DNA from: Tannerella forsythia
GTDB taxonomy: Bacteria; Bacteroidota; Bacteroidia; Bacteroidales; Tannerellaceae
DNA: 64,000 nt
Direction: 5' to 3'
NCBI RefSeq assembly: GCF_001006485.1
Contig: NZ_JUET01000078.1
Coordinates: 35,143-99,142 of the forward strand
This document shows positions 24,058 to 36,555 of the stretch, in pieces. The notes under the pieces were generated by a model. The model made no database searches. It was given only the letters and a program-made list of their open reading frames with translations, and was not told the DNA's origin. The stretch's first letter is position 1. Each line of letters starts with the position of its first letter. The translations under genes were made by a program, and so were the position numbers.

Positions 24058-24108
24058 AACACCGCTGTCCATCCTTTCTATGAGGAGGATGGCGGTGTGT
24101 TTTGATGA
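24058..24108 (+). terminator. Rho-independent terminator after the small lipoprotein gene
   Basis: caccgctgtccatcct...aggatggcggtg imperfect hairpin followed by tgttttg. Confidence 0.5.
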
Positions 24109-24345
24109 TAATATACGCATAATGCTTAAACAAGCATACGGAACACGATACCCATGGATTAATTGTCAGAAAGATATGTGGGAAACCGAGTATACGGTAA
24201 AACATCCAAAAAGGTTTGGTTAAGTGCTCGTTGTGATAAAAATAAGATTGTATTGCCGTATGTTGAGATTTGGATAAACAAGAAAATACGCGACAAAACC
24301 GAAAGGTACGGCTTTGCAACCGTAGAAGTAGAATTAAGCCGGATA

Positions 24346-24410
24346 TAAAAAAAACAAGAAGGATGTGCCCGAACGTTTTCGTTTTACGGACACATCCTCT
24401 TTTTCTATCG
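24346..24410. terminator. Bidirectional terminator downstream of PFOR (minus strand)
   Basis: ataaaaaaaac, then the hairpin ggatgtgcccg...cggacacatcc (one mismatch), then tctttttct. This gives a U-run on both strands. Confidence 0.55.
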
Positions 24411-24426
24411 TTCAGTACCGAATCCC

Positions 24427-27969
<3,543 letters not shown>

Positions 27970-28008
27970 AAATTTCTTAAATTAATATACATCTACATTC
28001 TATTTCTC

Positions 28009-29187
28009 TTAATATAAAAATCCGAACAGCCATAAAGGAATCAAGTTCTCTCCTCCTATTTCCATTTTATCCACTGCATAGTACATACCCGGATTAAATT
28101 TTCCTCTCGTATCGGGAACAATCTGAAAATGATATTTCCCATTCACTAAAAAACGAGCATTTTGATTGCTCTCATTCATGTTGTTATCTTTAATCAGTTG
28201 ATTACAAAAGAATGTTTCGTTTACGGCCGGTCCATCGGGTATCTGCTGATTCATCACGTACATCAGATTGGGATTATACATATATGCCCGCACAGGTTTC
28301 TTGGGATATTCCTCACCTGGTGCATAAAGCAGATTAATCATCCGCGCATCTTGCAGATATTTAATATAGTTCATCACCGTTGCCCGTGATGTCTCGATCA
28401 ACTTACTCAACTGGCTTATGTTCGGTGTACAAGGCATATGAAGCGAAAGTAAGTAGAGCAATTTACGTAACTTCGTCAAGTAACGCTGCTCAACCTGTTT
28501 AATGTATAAAACGTCGACTTCAAGCGTCATATTCATCGTTTTGAGCAAGTTTTCCGAATAGTTTCGCTTTTCGAGAAAGAACGGATAGAAACCGTGATGC
28601 AGATAATCGCGAAAATAAGCACGAGGTTTTATCAATGCACATACCTCACGGGCGATAGCCATGTGATTTTTCATCACCTCGTCGAACGAATAGGCTGGGA
28701 AGTCGGTGCCGGCCATCAGATTCAGATATTCGCGAAACGAGAAGCCTCTCAGATAGTATGACGAGACTTTTCCGGCCAAATCGGGATTCTCGTCTTTGAG
28801 ACGCATGACGGACGAACCGGTAAACACGATCCGCAAATCGGTGAAATGATCGTAACAATATCTCAACTCACGAGACCATTCGGGATATTTGAATACCTGA
28901 TCGATAAGCAGTACTTTACCACCCTGTGCACGAAACTCGCCGGCAAAGTCAATCAATGTCCGCTCCGTAAAAAAGAAATGATTCAAATTGATATACAGAC
29001 ATTCTTTATTGTCAGAACCAAAAAACTCACGGGCATACAGCAACAGAAACGTTGTTTTCCCGACTCCGCGCGAGCCTTTGATGCCAATTAACCGTTGGTT
29101 CCAATCAATTTCATCCATCAGCCCACGCCGAACGGTCGAGCCAAGATGTGCCAACAGATATTGATGTGTTCGGTAAAAAGCCTCCAT
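28009..29187 (-). CDS. AAA+ superfamily ATPase with DUF4143 (COG1373-like)
   Basis: Walker A GSRGVGKTT and Walker B LLIDQV, with a C-terminal DUF4143-like region. Confidence 0.7.
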   Translation of the reverse strand: MEAFYRTHQYLLAHLGSTVRRGLMDEIDWNQRLIGIKGSRGVGKTTFLLLYAREFFGSDNKECLYINLNHFFFTERTLIDFAGEFRAQGGKVLLIDQVFKYPEWSRELRYCYDHFTDLRIVFTGSSVMRLKDENPDLAGKVSSYYLRGFSFREYLNLMAGTDFPAYSFDEVMKNHMAIAREVCALIKPRAYFRDYLHHGFYPFFLEKRNYSENLLKTMNMTLEVDVLYIKQVEQRYLTKLRKLLYLLSLHMPCTPNISQLSKLIETSRATVMNYIKYLQDARMINLLYAPGEEYPKKPVRAYMYNPNLMYVMNQQIPDGPAVNETFFCNQLIKDNNMNESNQNARFLVNGKYHFQIVPDTRGKFNPGMYYAVDKMEIGGENLIPLWLFGFLY

Positions 29188-29352
29188 GCCTTGTTAAAAA
29201 TCGAAGGCAAAGATACGAAGATATTTGAAATTGCAATGTCGAGTTGGCAAAAAACTGCAAAAACTGCTATTTGTTTCCGGAAGCTCTCACAAAAAAGGTC
29301 AGAGATCACATCGCATGATCAAGAGAAGAACTGCCTCCTTTACAATTATATA

Positions 29353-29856
29353 TCAAAAAGATAAGTCATTCTTCATGGAAAGACCAAGAAAAATGACCGT
29401 ATCGGTAGCCGCATGATGAGTAAACGTATAGGCCGCTCCGTCATTGATTCGTATCGTATATGTTCCGTGTCTCAACGGTATTTCATATTTCAAGTTATAC
29501 GGGCATAGGCATCGCACACTGTTTTTCGAAACATCTTCTTCCTTCACCCAAAGCTGATCTCCCTTTTGACTGACACGAATCTCCATCTTTGCCGCACAAT
29601 TATAAACTGCGCTATCGTGAGCGATCTGCAGCCTACCGTCTTCAACGGCTTTCAGGCGAAGCGTTTCATGCAGGCTGGAAGAAGCGTTACCCGCTTCTTC
29701 CGATCTGGTATTCGATAAACAACCCGAATTGTATATATTATAGACTTTCAGAGAAGCACCGGCAGCCGTACTTTGCATGTCTTCTTCATTACACCCCCAT
29801 GCCCAAACCATGGTTGCCAATACTGCTATATACAGAAACATTCTTTTCAATTTCAT
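29353..29856 (-). CDS. Hypothetical lipoprotein
   Basis: Signal peptide plus lipobox (VWAWGC). No recognisable domain. Confidence 0.5.
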   Translation of the reverse strand: MKLKRMFLYIAVLATMVWAWGCNEEDMQSTAAGASLKVYNIYNSGCLSNTRSEEAGNASSSLHETLRLKAVEDGRLQIAHDSAVYNCAAKMEIRVSQKGDQLWVKEEDVSKNSVRCLCPYNLKYEIPLRHGTYTIRINDGAAYTFTHHAATDTVIFLGLSMKNDLSF

Positions 29857-29939
29857 TGTACTCCGTTTTTTTATTCATTCTATATAATGACGCAAAACAG
29901 AGGCCAAATGTTGCATGTTTCTGTTATTTTTAAACTTTT

Positions 29940-30959
29940 TTATTCAATCACCTTCACCCAGCCGTAATCGTCCGGTTCGTCGCCGTACTGAATAGCACGC
30001 AACTTGTGATACAAACGGGTACAAACAGGTCCTACTTTTCCGTCTTTGGCAATGACGTATTGCTTGTCCTCATCCAGGTCATCGATCTGAGAAATCGGAG
30101 CGATAACGGCTGCCGTTCCACATTCGGCCGCCTCGTCGAATGTCGCGATTTCTTCAAAAGGTACCGGACGACGTTCTACCGTCATGCCCATTTGCTCGGC
30201 AAGCTGCATCAGACTCTTGTTTGTGATTGACGGGAGAATAGATTCGGACGCCGGCGTGATGTATGTATTGCCACGTATGCCGAAGAAGTTGGCCGGGCCG
30301 CATTCGTCAATATACTTTTTCTCTTTCGGATCAAGGTAAAGTACGGCCGCATAGCCGCCTTGCCGTGCCTTTTCGCCGGCGCGAAGGCTGGCTGCATAAT
30401 TTCCGCCGACCTTCACCATTCCCGTACCATGAGGCGCTGCACGGTCGTATCCGCGCATGACACATACCTTCGACGGTTGAAATCCATTCTTAAAGTAAGG
30501 ACCTACGGGAGTGACAAAGATAAGGAACAAATATTCGACAGCCGGTTTAACACCAACCTGCGCACCGGTTCCGATCAGCAGCGGACGAAGATAGAGTGAC
30601 GAACCGCTTTCGTGGGGCGGTATAAAACGTTCATTCAGCAATACGACCTTACGGACAGCCTCTTCAAATTTCTCGACAGGCAATTCCGGCATCAGGATGG
30701 CTCGGCTCGACGATTGCAGTCGCTTGGCGTTTTCATCCATCCGAAACACACGAATTTTACCGTCTTTGCCACGAAAAGCTTTCAGCCCTTCGAATGCTTC
30801 CTGACCATAGTGCAGACACGTAGCTGCCATGTGGATATTAATCATTTCGGACGAAGAAATTTCAATCTCGCCCCATTTGCCATCGCGATAGCAGCATCTT
30901 ACGTTATAATCCGTCTTCATGTATCCGAACGGAATTTCCGACCAATTGATATTTTCCAT
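29940..30959 (-). CDS. ilvE: Branched-chain amino acid aminotransferase
   Basis: 339 aa, PLP fold-type IV. Motifs are HYGQEAFEGLKAF, the catalytic-Lys context and ECGTAAVI. Confidence 0.9.
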   Translation of the reverse strand: MENINWSEIPFGYMKTDYNVRCCYRDGKWGEIEISSSEMINIHMAATCLHYGQEAFEGLKAFRGKDGKIRVFRMDENAKRLQSSSRAILMPELPVEKFEEAVRKVVLLNERFIPPHESGSSLYLRPLLIGTGAQVGVKPAVEYLFLIFVTPVGPYFKNGFQPSKVCVMRGYDRAAPHGTGMVKVGGNYAASLRAGEKARQGGYAAVLYLDPKEKKYIDECGPANFFGIRGNTYITPASESILPSITNKSLMQLAEQMGMTVERRPVPFEEIATFDEAAECGTAAVIAPISQIDDLDEDKQYVIAKDGKVGPVCTRLYHKLRAIQYGDEPDDYGWVKVIE

Positions 30960-31268
30960 TTTGTTAGAGTTTAAAATTTACATAAAAATCAAAATGCAAA
31001 TGTACATGATAATTTCTCAATTTCCACGCACGATCCACAAAAGTTTTACCATAAACCTGCGTTTCACCGCCCTCTTCCTCGATCGTTTCCTCTCATAAAT
31101 ATAGAAAAAGGCGGTGTGTCATAACGGGCGAACTGCTTCGTTGCTTACGGAATGCGTGCTCGGTTACATACCTTAGTATACTCCCTCGCTCTCATCCTTA
31201 ATTCCTTGCATTTCACCCATGCATTGCGTTTTGACACACCCTCGCAAAAGATTTTTTCTTCTCACACT

Positions 31269-32732
31269 TTACCCTTTCGCGGGCGGTTCTTTTCTTTCGG
31301 GTACAGGCACGGATTCTGCAGGCTTCAACGGAATCGTCGTCTTATCATCCTGTCCTTTGAGGTAGGACGGAAGGTTCATTCCGGCCATATTAAACAGATC
31401 GTTCAACGGGGGAATAGACTTCATCAACCCGGAAATAAAGTTGGCGGTTGAGGTCATCCCTTTTCCGTCAGCATGGTTGCCATCCCATACGGTGATCTTG
31501 TCGATCTTGATATTTTTGACAGCTTCCACCTGCGTTTTGACAAGCTCCGGCAATTTGTCGGTGATCAGCATGAGCACCGCCTTATCGGGATCGCTTCCGG
31601 CAGCGCGAACAAGACGGTCGTATCCTTCGGCCTGCTTCGTGAGCACTTCGTAGATACCGCGTGCTTCGGCATCCATCTTCGCAAAGATAGCATCGGCCTC
31701 ACCTCGTGCTTTGCGACGCAGCTTCTCGGCTTCAGCTTCGGCATCGATAATCGCTTTCTCCTTTTCGATCTCGGCGGGCACGACCACGTTGGCCGTCTGC
31801 GTCGCCTTCTCGCGCTCGGCACGTGTCATTTCCGCCTCGCGCTCCGACTGATAAGCCTCTTGCAGCGCCTTGGCCGTCTGCACCTTCTCGGCGGCCACGG
31901 CCCGACGGGCGGCCTCGGCCTCCTTCTCGCGACGGGTAGCATCGGAGTTGGCGATGGCAATCTTCGCATTGTTCTCCCCCTCCACGGCCAGCGCATTGGC
32001 TTCGGACGTACGGATACGCGTGTCGCGGAGGGTTTCTGCAATCCGGATGTCTTTGTCACGATCGGCTTCGGCCTTACCGATTTCACCGAAACGGTTCTGC
32101 TCGGCCACGCTCTTCTTGGCTTCGTTGATAGCCTTTGCGGCAGCTTCTTTTCCAAGCGCTTCGATATAGCCCGATTCATCGCGAATATCGGTCACGTTGA
32201 CGTTGATGAGCTTCAGACCGATCTTCCGCAGTTCGGCCTCGACGTTGGCGCTGACATTGGCTAAGAACTTATCACGGTCGGCATTGATTTCCTCAATATC
32301 CATCGTGGCGATGACAAGGCGCAACTGACCGAAAAGAATATCGGTGGCTATATTCTGGATGTTGTGCGTATTTTGCCCTAACAGACGTTCGGCCGCATTG
32401 GTCATGCTCTCCGGTTCGGTCGAAATGCCGACCGTAAAACGGCAAGGCACGTCTACACGGATGTTTTGTTTACTCAGCGCATTCGTCAGGTTACACTCGA
32501 TGGAGATGGGCGTAAGGTCGAGGAAAGCATAATTTTGGAACACGGGCCAGATGAACGCCGCCCCACCGTGGATGCAGCGTGCCGAGCTGACGCCACCCTC
32601 TTTGTTGCGACCTGTTTTCCCGTAAACGACTAAGATTTTGTCCGAGGGACAGCGTTTATAACGCGAAAGAATCGAAGCGAACGTCACGAACAGGACGGCT
32701 ACGATCACTACAATTAAATATAAACTTGGCAT
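31269..32732 (-). CDS. Flotillin-like SPFH/band-7 protein (YqiK family)
   Basis: N-terminal TM helix, an SPFH domain and a long Ala/Glu-rich coiled-coil C-terminus (EAEAARRAVAAEKVQTAKALQEAY...). Confidence 0.85.
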   Translation of the reverse strand: MPSLYLIVVIVAVLFVTFASILSRYKRCPSDKILVVYGKTGRNKEGGVSSARCIHGGAAFIWPVFQNYAFLDLTPISIECNLTNALSKQNIRVDVPCRFTVGISTEPESMTNAAERLLGQNTHNIQNIATDILFGQLRLVIATMDIEEINADRDKFLANVSANVEAELRKIGLKLINVNVTDIRDESGYIEALGKEAAAKAINEAKKSVAEQNRFGEIGKAEADRDKDIRIAETLRDTRIRTSEANALAVEGENNAKIAIANSDATRREKEAEAARRAVAAEKVQTAKALQEAYQSEREAEMTRAEREKATQTANVVVPAEIEKEKAIIDAEAEAEKLRRKARGEADAIFAKMDAEARGIYEVLTKQAEGYDRLVRAAGSDPDKAVLMLITDKLPELVKTQVEAVKNIKIDKITVWDGNHADGKGMTSTANFISGLMKSIPPLNDLFNMAGMNLPSYLKGQDDKTTIPLKPAESVPVPERKEPPAKG

Positions 32733-32783
32733 AAGCTATTAAATTGAGATTATTGAAATTATTACTGATAACGAAACTGTTTG

Positions 32784-33131
32784 TCACGTTTTATAATCTG
32801 TTATTCCTAACCGGTTACCCGATGGATCCTCAAACTCGACGGCCCAACCTGTTTGGATATGGAAAGGCTCGGAAAGGAATCGGACGCCTCTTTCTTTCAT
32901 CTTGGCATACTCAACCGCCACATCTTCTACCTCTATCCACAAAGCAGGTTGGGCATCCGGGAATCGTGTGGTATCCCTTAGGATAAGTGCCGGTTCGTCG
33001 TCTCCTATACGATAGGCGATCATGCCCATAGAGGAGAAATCAAACTTCACGGCTAAACCCAATACATCGTCATAGAAGTGTTTTGTCGCTTCAAAATCCT
33101 TTGCAGGGAAAAAATAATTATCTGTCTTCAT
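32784..33131 (-). CDS. VOC-family (glyoxalase/bleomycin-resistance-like) protein
   Basis: 115 aa with a beta-alpha-beta-beta-beta module pattern (HFYDDVLGL...ALWIEVEDV...FEDPSGNRL). Confidence 0.7.
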   Translation of the reverse strand: MKTDNYFFPAKDFEATKHFYDDVLGLAVKFDFSSMGMIAYRIGDDEPALILRDTTRFPDAQPALWIEVEDVAVEYAKMKERGVRFLSEPFHIQTGWAVEFEDPSGNRLGITDYKT

Positions 33132-33163
33132 AAGGATATAATAAGATGGCGTAAACTCGTAAA

Positions 33164-33745
33164 CTATATTTTCTCTACGAGTACCGTGTGCCCGTTCAGG
33201 ACGGCGGTCACGCGGATGGGAGCTTCGTTAGGCAGGCGCTCGCCGTCGGTCATGGCGTCATATTCGCGGATGGCACCGCGGACGCTGACTTGCACTTTAC
33301 CTTCGCCCGTGCGTGCGGCCGGGATGGTCAGGTAGACCGCCCCTTTGCAGCCGACAAGGGCTTCCGGCTCAATGGTGCCCGACTGCTGCATGCCGCTCAT
33401 CCATTTAAACAGGTACATCACGGCGGCTACGAGCAGCACACCCACCACCACGCCGCCGACGAGTATCAGCGAAGTGTTTTCGGTGGACGCGCGCAGGGCG
33501 ATGGCCGTCCAGCTGAACCCCAGCAGGAAATTGATCAGATTACGAAACGTGAAAAGTTGGAAGGGGGTCGCCTCACCCGTGCCGTCGGCAGACATATCGC
33601 CGTCGAAGTCGCCGTCAAAATTCGTTTCGGAGTCCATCCCCACAAAGGTCATGACACTTTGAATAATAAAGACCACTGAGGCAAAAATAGCGATGCCCCA
33701 AAGAGTTTGCATAAATGGATCGAGTGATCCCCACCATGTTTCCAT
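33164..33745 (-). CDS. NfeD-like membrane protein (YqiJ family), flotillin partner
   Basis: TM helices, then a C-terminal OB-fold (GCKGAVYLTIPAARTGEGKVQVSVRGAIREYDAMT). It lies upstream of the flotillin operon. Confidence 0.7.
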   Translation of the reverse strand: METWWGSLDPFMQTLWGIAIFASVVFIIQSVMTFVGMDSETNFDGDFDGDMSADGTGEATPFQLFTFRNLINFLLGFSWTAIALRASTENTSLILVGGVVVGVLLVAAVMYLFKWMSGMQQSGTIEPEALVGCKGAVYLTIPAARTGEGKVQVSVRGAIREYDAMTDGERLPNEAPIRVTAVLNGHTVLVEKI

Positions 33746-33836
33746 AATCTATTGTGTTCTTTAGGTTGTTTGTACTTTTTTTCCTGACAAATGTAAATAC
33801 AAATTCTAAAACCGCCAAAAAATTTGAGAAAAACAT

Positions 33837-36401
33837 TCAGAATGAAAATTGCATTTTCATTCTAAGTCCACGGTCAGGCGTATGAGGATGGTTACGATAA
33901 GAGAGTCGCCAGACATAATCAAGCCGGACGAGCTTAAAGATATTATCAAGTCCGCAACTGATTTCCATGTAAGGACGATCTTCCATCAGATAACTGTTTT
34001 CAGGGAAAACATAAAGTCCTTCATTACCCGGTTTCCACGGATTATTCTTGTCGCTCAGATCACCATACCATCCGCGAAAAGCAAAAACCTCGCGCAGTTG
34101 CAGGCGTTTGATGAGCGGAAGACGGTTCAGCAAAGCTCCATTCATAAAATACGTGACTTCCCACGACACAAAGCGATCATTGATAAACTCCATCGGGTCC
34201 ATCAGGGCATATGTTTCCGGTTCGATGCTGTACGATAAGTTCGCATTCGGGATGATAAGCAACGGATAAGGTACCTTATCCCATACTTTACCGGCCTGCC
34301 CGTAAAGGTCGACATACCCGAAAGGCGACATCCAGAAGCGTTTACGGATGCCAATCTCGGTGCGGTTATAATGATGGTCGGAGCCCAAGACGCCTTTTCG
34401 GGCAAAGGTATGACTGAGCGTGATGATCGGTGCATCAAGCGTAATGGGATAACGATAGTTGCGCGACTGATAGAACTTCTCGTTCTGCGCCCAGCGCAGC
34501 ACCACCTCAAGCTGTGCCGAGCGGTAATGATCGAGTGGAAGAGCCGTCACCCCGTCGGGTTGAATTTGCGCGAACGGCACATAACGTGACGCCCATTCCG
34601 TCAAGTGACGAGCCGTAATGCCATAGCCTAACCCGTTGTAATGCTCATGATAATAACCGAGTTCGGCCTTCTGCATGTAGGTAATCAGGTTGTTTTTGCG
34701 CCGCTTAAGCATCATAAACACATTATCTGCATTCGTATAAAGGTAATGCTGCCCGATCTGATTGATGTCATAGCGATATTCGGCACGCACATAATGGAAC
34801 GGATACTCTTTACGAAAACTTCGTTTATCGTTGAACGAATATTCAACCAGCAAATCCCCTTTGAATTTTTCGTCGCCCGCGCCGTAAGCCAGATAACCAT
34901 CCACAAAGAAACGTCGGCTAAGATTCGTCGTAGTCGTTCCGCCGAAGCGATATCGTGCCCCTTCGAGCGCATTACCGCTGATAAAGGTGTTCACCGGCCC
35001 AAATTCGACCGGGCTGTTCGTTTCCCGGGGCTGCACATACCCGTTGATCAAAGCGCCCACGATCTTTTCCGTCCAGAAAAAAGCAGGCACGGCGCGCAGT
35101 TGTGCCATCATCTTCTCGACCGAGGTCTGGGTAATCTCTTTCTCGTTCTCCCGATGTCCCTGCCAATATTCGTCCGAACGTTTGCGGGCATCTTCCGTTT
35201 CCATCACGGGATTATTCTCTCGAAAGACCGTGATATCTTCGGGAGGATCGAACGAATGATCGCGATAAAGACAAATGCGGCGGGCATACGTTCCTTTACT
35301 TTTAGCGTTCAGCTTAAATTCGACGGTAATATCATTTTTCGTCATCAGCCGCGTGCCATCATCTGCACGTATAAAATCCTGTTCGATCCGCATAAAATCT
35401 ACAAAATTGAGGTTAATGTGCCGCGGCACATTCAGCTTCACCCGTTTGACAAAGAAAGTCGAGTCGAGGGGGATATAAAGATGTCCGGTAAAACCGAACG
35501 ACTCGGAGTTAAACGGCACGAACACCAGATCGACACACGGTTCACCCTCTACCGTTACGGTGTCCGACAAGTAATACTTATAGTAGAGCGGACCAAATGA
35601 AGCGAGCGGACTGATAAAGCGATTCAAAAACAACGGGATATTGTCTTGAAAAAGGTCTATCTCCCTGAACACTTCCTCGATAAACTGTTTGACCCCGTCT
35701 TCCGAAAAGATTTCGATCAGTCCGGCACGTTTCACCCCCTGTACGACTTTACGTTCCGCAGTCGGCGATTTTCGATAATACGTCTTCTCGATCCGTTCTT
35801 CGTTGTAAAGCGGCAAAATCGGTTTGCCCGATACCCGAGACGTATCGATGTAATTGAAAATAAAATCGATCTGTTTGTAACGTTTTTTCTTACGTGCCTC
35901 TTCCTCGTTAAAGTCATTTTTGGCCAAAATCTTCTGGTCGTACGTGCTATAGTGATAATAATCATGTTGGCGAGGATCATTGACTGTACGCCGACTTATC
36001 ACCTTTTCAACAAATGTCACCGCCGGGTTCTTTTTTCTGGAATATTTTTCTTTTTCAGGCTTGACAACAATATCGGACAACGCATAAGATATTGGTTTCA
36101 TCCGGACTGTTACATTGTTTATTCCATTTCTTTTCAACGGAAGTTCAACCTCTTCATACCCCAGAAATGAAACATGTAATACGTTTTCGGAAGAAGTGAC
36201 TTGTAAGGAGAAATGGCCTCTGTTGTCCGTCACCGTGCCGATCGTCGTTCCTTTCAACATGACCGATACAGCAGGCATAGCTTCACGGGTTAATGAATCT
36301 TTGACAAATCCTTCTACACGGATCGTATATTGTGCAACCCCCTTTCCCGCCCCAAACAAGAAACATAACAAAAGGAGACATAGCATGCTTTTCAGTTTCA
36401 T
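33837..36401 (-). CDS. CarboxypepD_reg-like domain plus DUF5686-family protein, secreted or outer membrane
   Basis: Signal peptide, then the N-terminal YTIRVEGFVKDSLTREAMPAVSVMLKGTTIGTVTDNRGHFSL (carboxypeptidase regulatory-like domain). The remaining ~750 aa are predicted beta-rich and end in F. Confidence 0.6.
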   Translation of the reverse strand: MKLKSMLCLLLLCFLFGAGKGVAQYTIRVEGFVKDSLTREAMPAVSVMLKGTTIGTVTDNRGHFSLQVTSSENVLHVSFLGYEEVELPLKRNGINNVTVRMKPISYALSDIVVKPEKEKYSRKKNPAVTFVEKVISRRTVNDPRQHDYYHYSTYDQKILAKNDFNEEEARKKKRYKQIDFIFNYIDTSRVSGKPILPLYNEERIEKTYYRKSPTAERKVVQGVKRAGLIEIFSEDGVKQFIEEVFREIDLFQDNIPLFLNRFISPLASFGPLYYKYYLSDTVTVEGEPCVDLVFVPFNSESFGFTGHLYIPLDSTFFVKRVKLNVPRHINLNFVDFMRIEQDFIRADDGTRLMTKNDITVEFKLNAKSKGTYARRICLYRDHSFDPPEDITVFRENNPVMETEDARKRSDEYWQGHRENEKEITQTSVEKMMAQLRAVPAFFWTEKIVGALINGYVQPRETNSPVEFGPVNTFISGNALEGARYRFGGTTTTNLSRRFFVDGYLAYGAGDEKFKGDLLVEYSFNDKRSFRKEYPFHYVRAEYRYDINQIGQHYLYTNADNVFMMLKRRKNNLITYMQKAELGYYHEHYNGLGYGITARHLTEWASRYVPFAQIQPDGVTALPLDHYRSAQLEVVLRWAQNEKFYQSRNYRYPITLDAPIITLSHTFARKGVLGSDHHYNRTEIGIRKRFWMSPFGYVDLYGQAGKVWDKVPYPLLIIPNANLSYSIEPETYALMDPMEFINDRFVSWEVTYFMNGALLNRLPLIKRLQLREVFAFRGWYGDLSDKNNPWKPGNEGLYVFPENSYLMEDRPYMEISCGLDNIFKLVRLDYVWRLSYRNHPHTPDRGLRMKMQFSF

Positions 36402-36555
36402 CTTAATGTTCTAATGACATGATTCGTGCAAAAGTCGTTTTTTTCTCCGAAAAACAAAAATCTATTTCACCTATATTCTGTTCATTCTATCTTTTTGTAT
36501 CGCAGACAGCGCTTTCTTGTGATAACTGTTTTATCTTTGCGCCTCATTTTAACAG

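Noticed and set aside
31473-32264. 263-aa plus-strand ORF, plus 117-aa and 99-aa ORFs inside the flotillin gene
   Set aside because: They are antisense or alternative frames of the Ala/Glu-rich coiled-coil coding region, with repetitive low-complexity translations.
34641-36170. 319-aa and 174-aa plus-strand ORFs inside the DUF5686 gene
   Set aside because: They are antisense, hydrophobic or low-complexity, with no start context.
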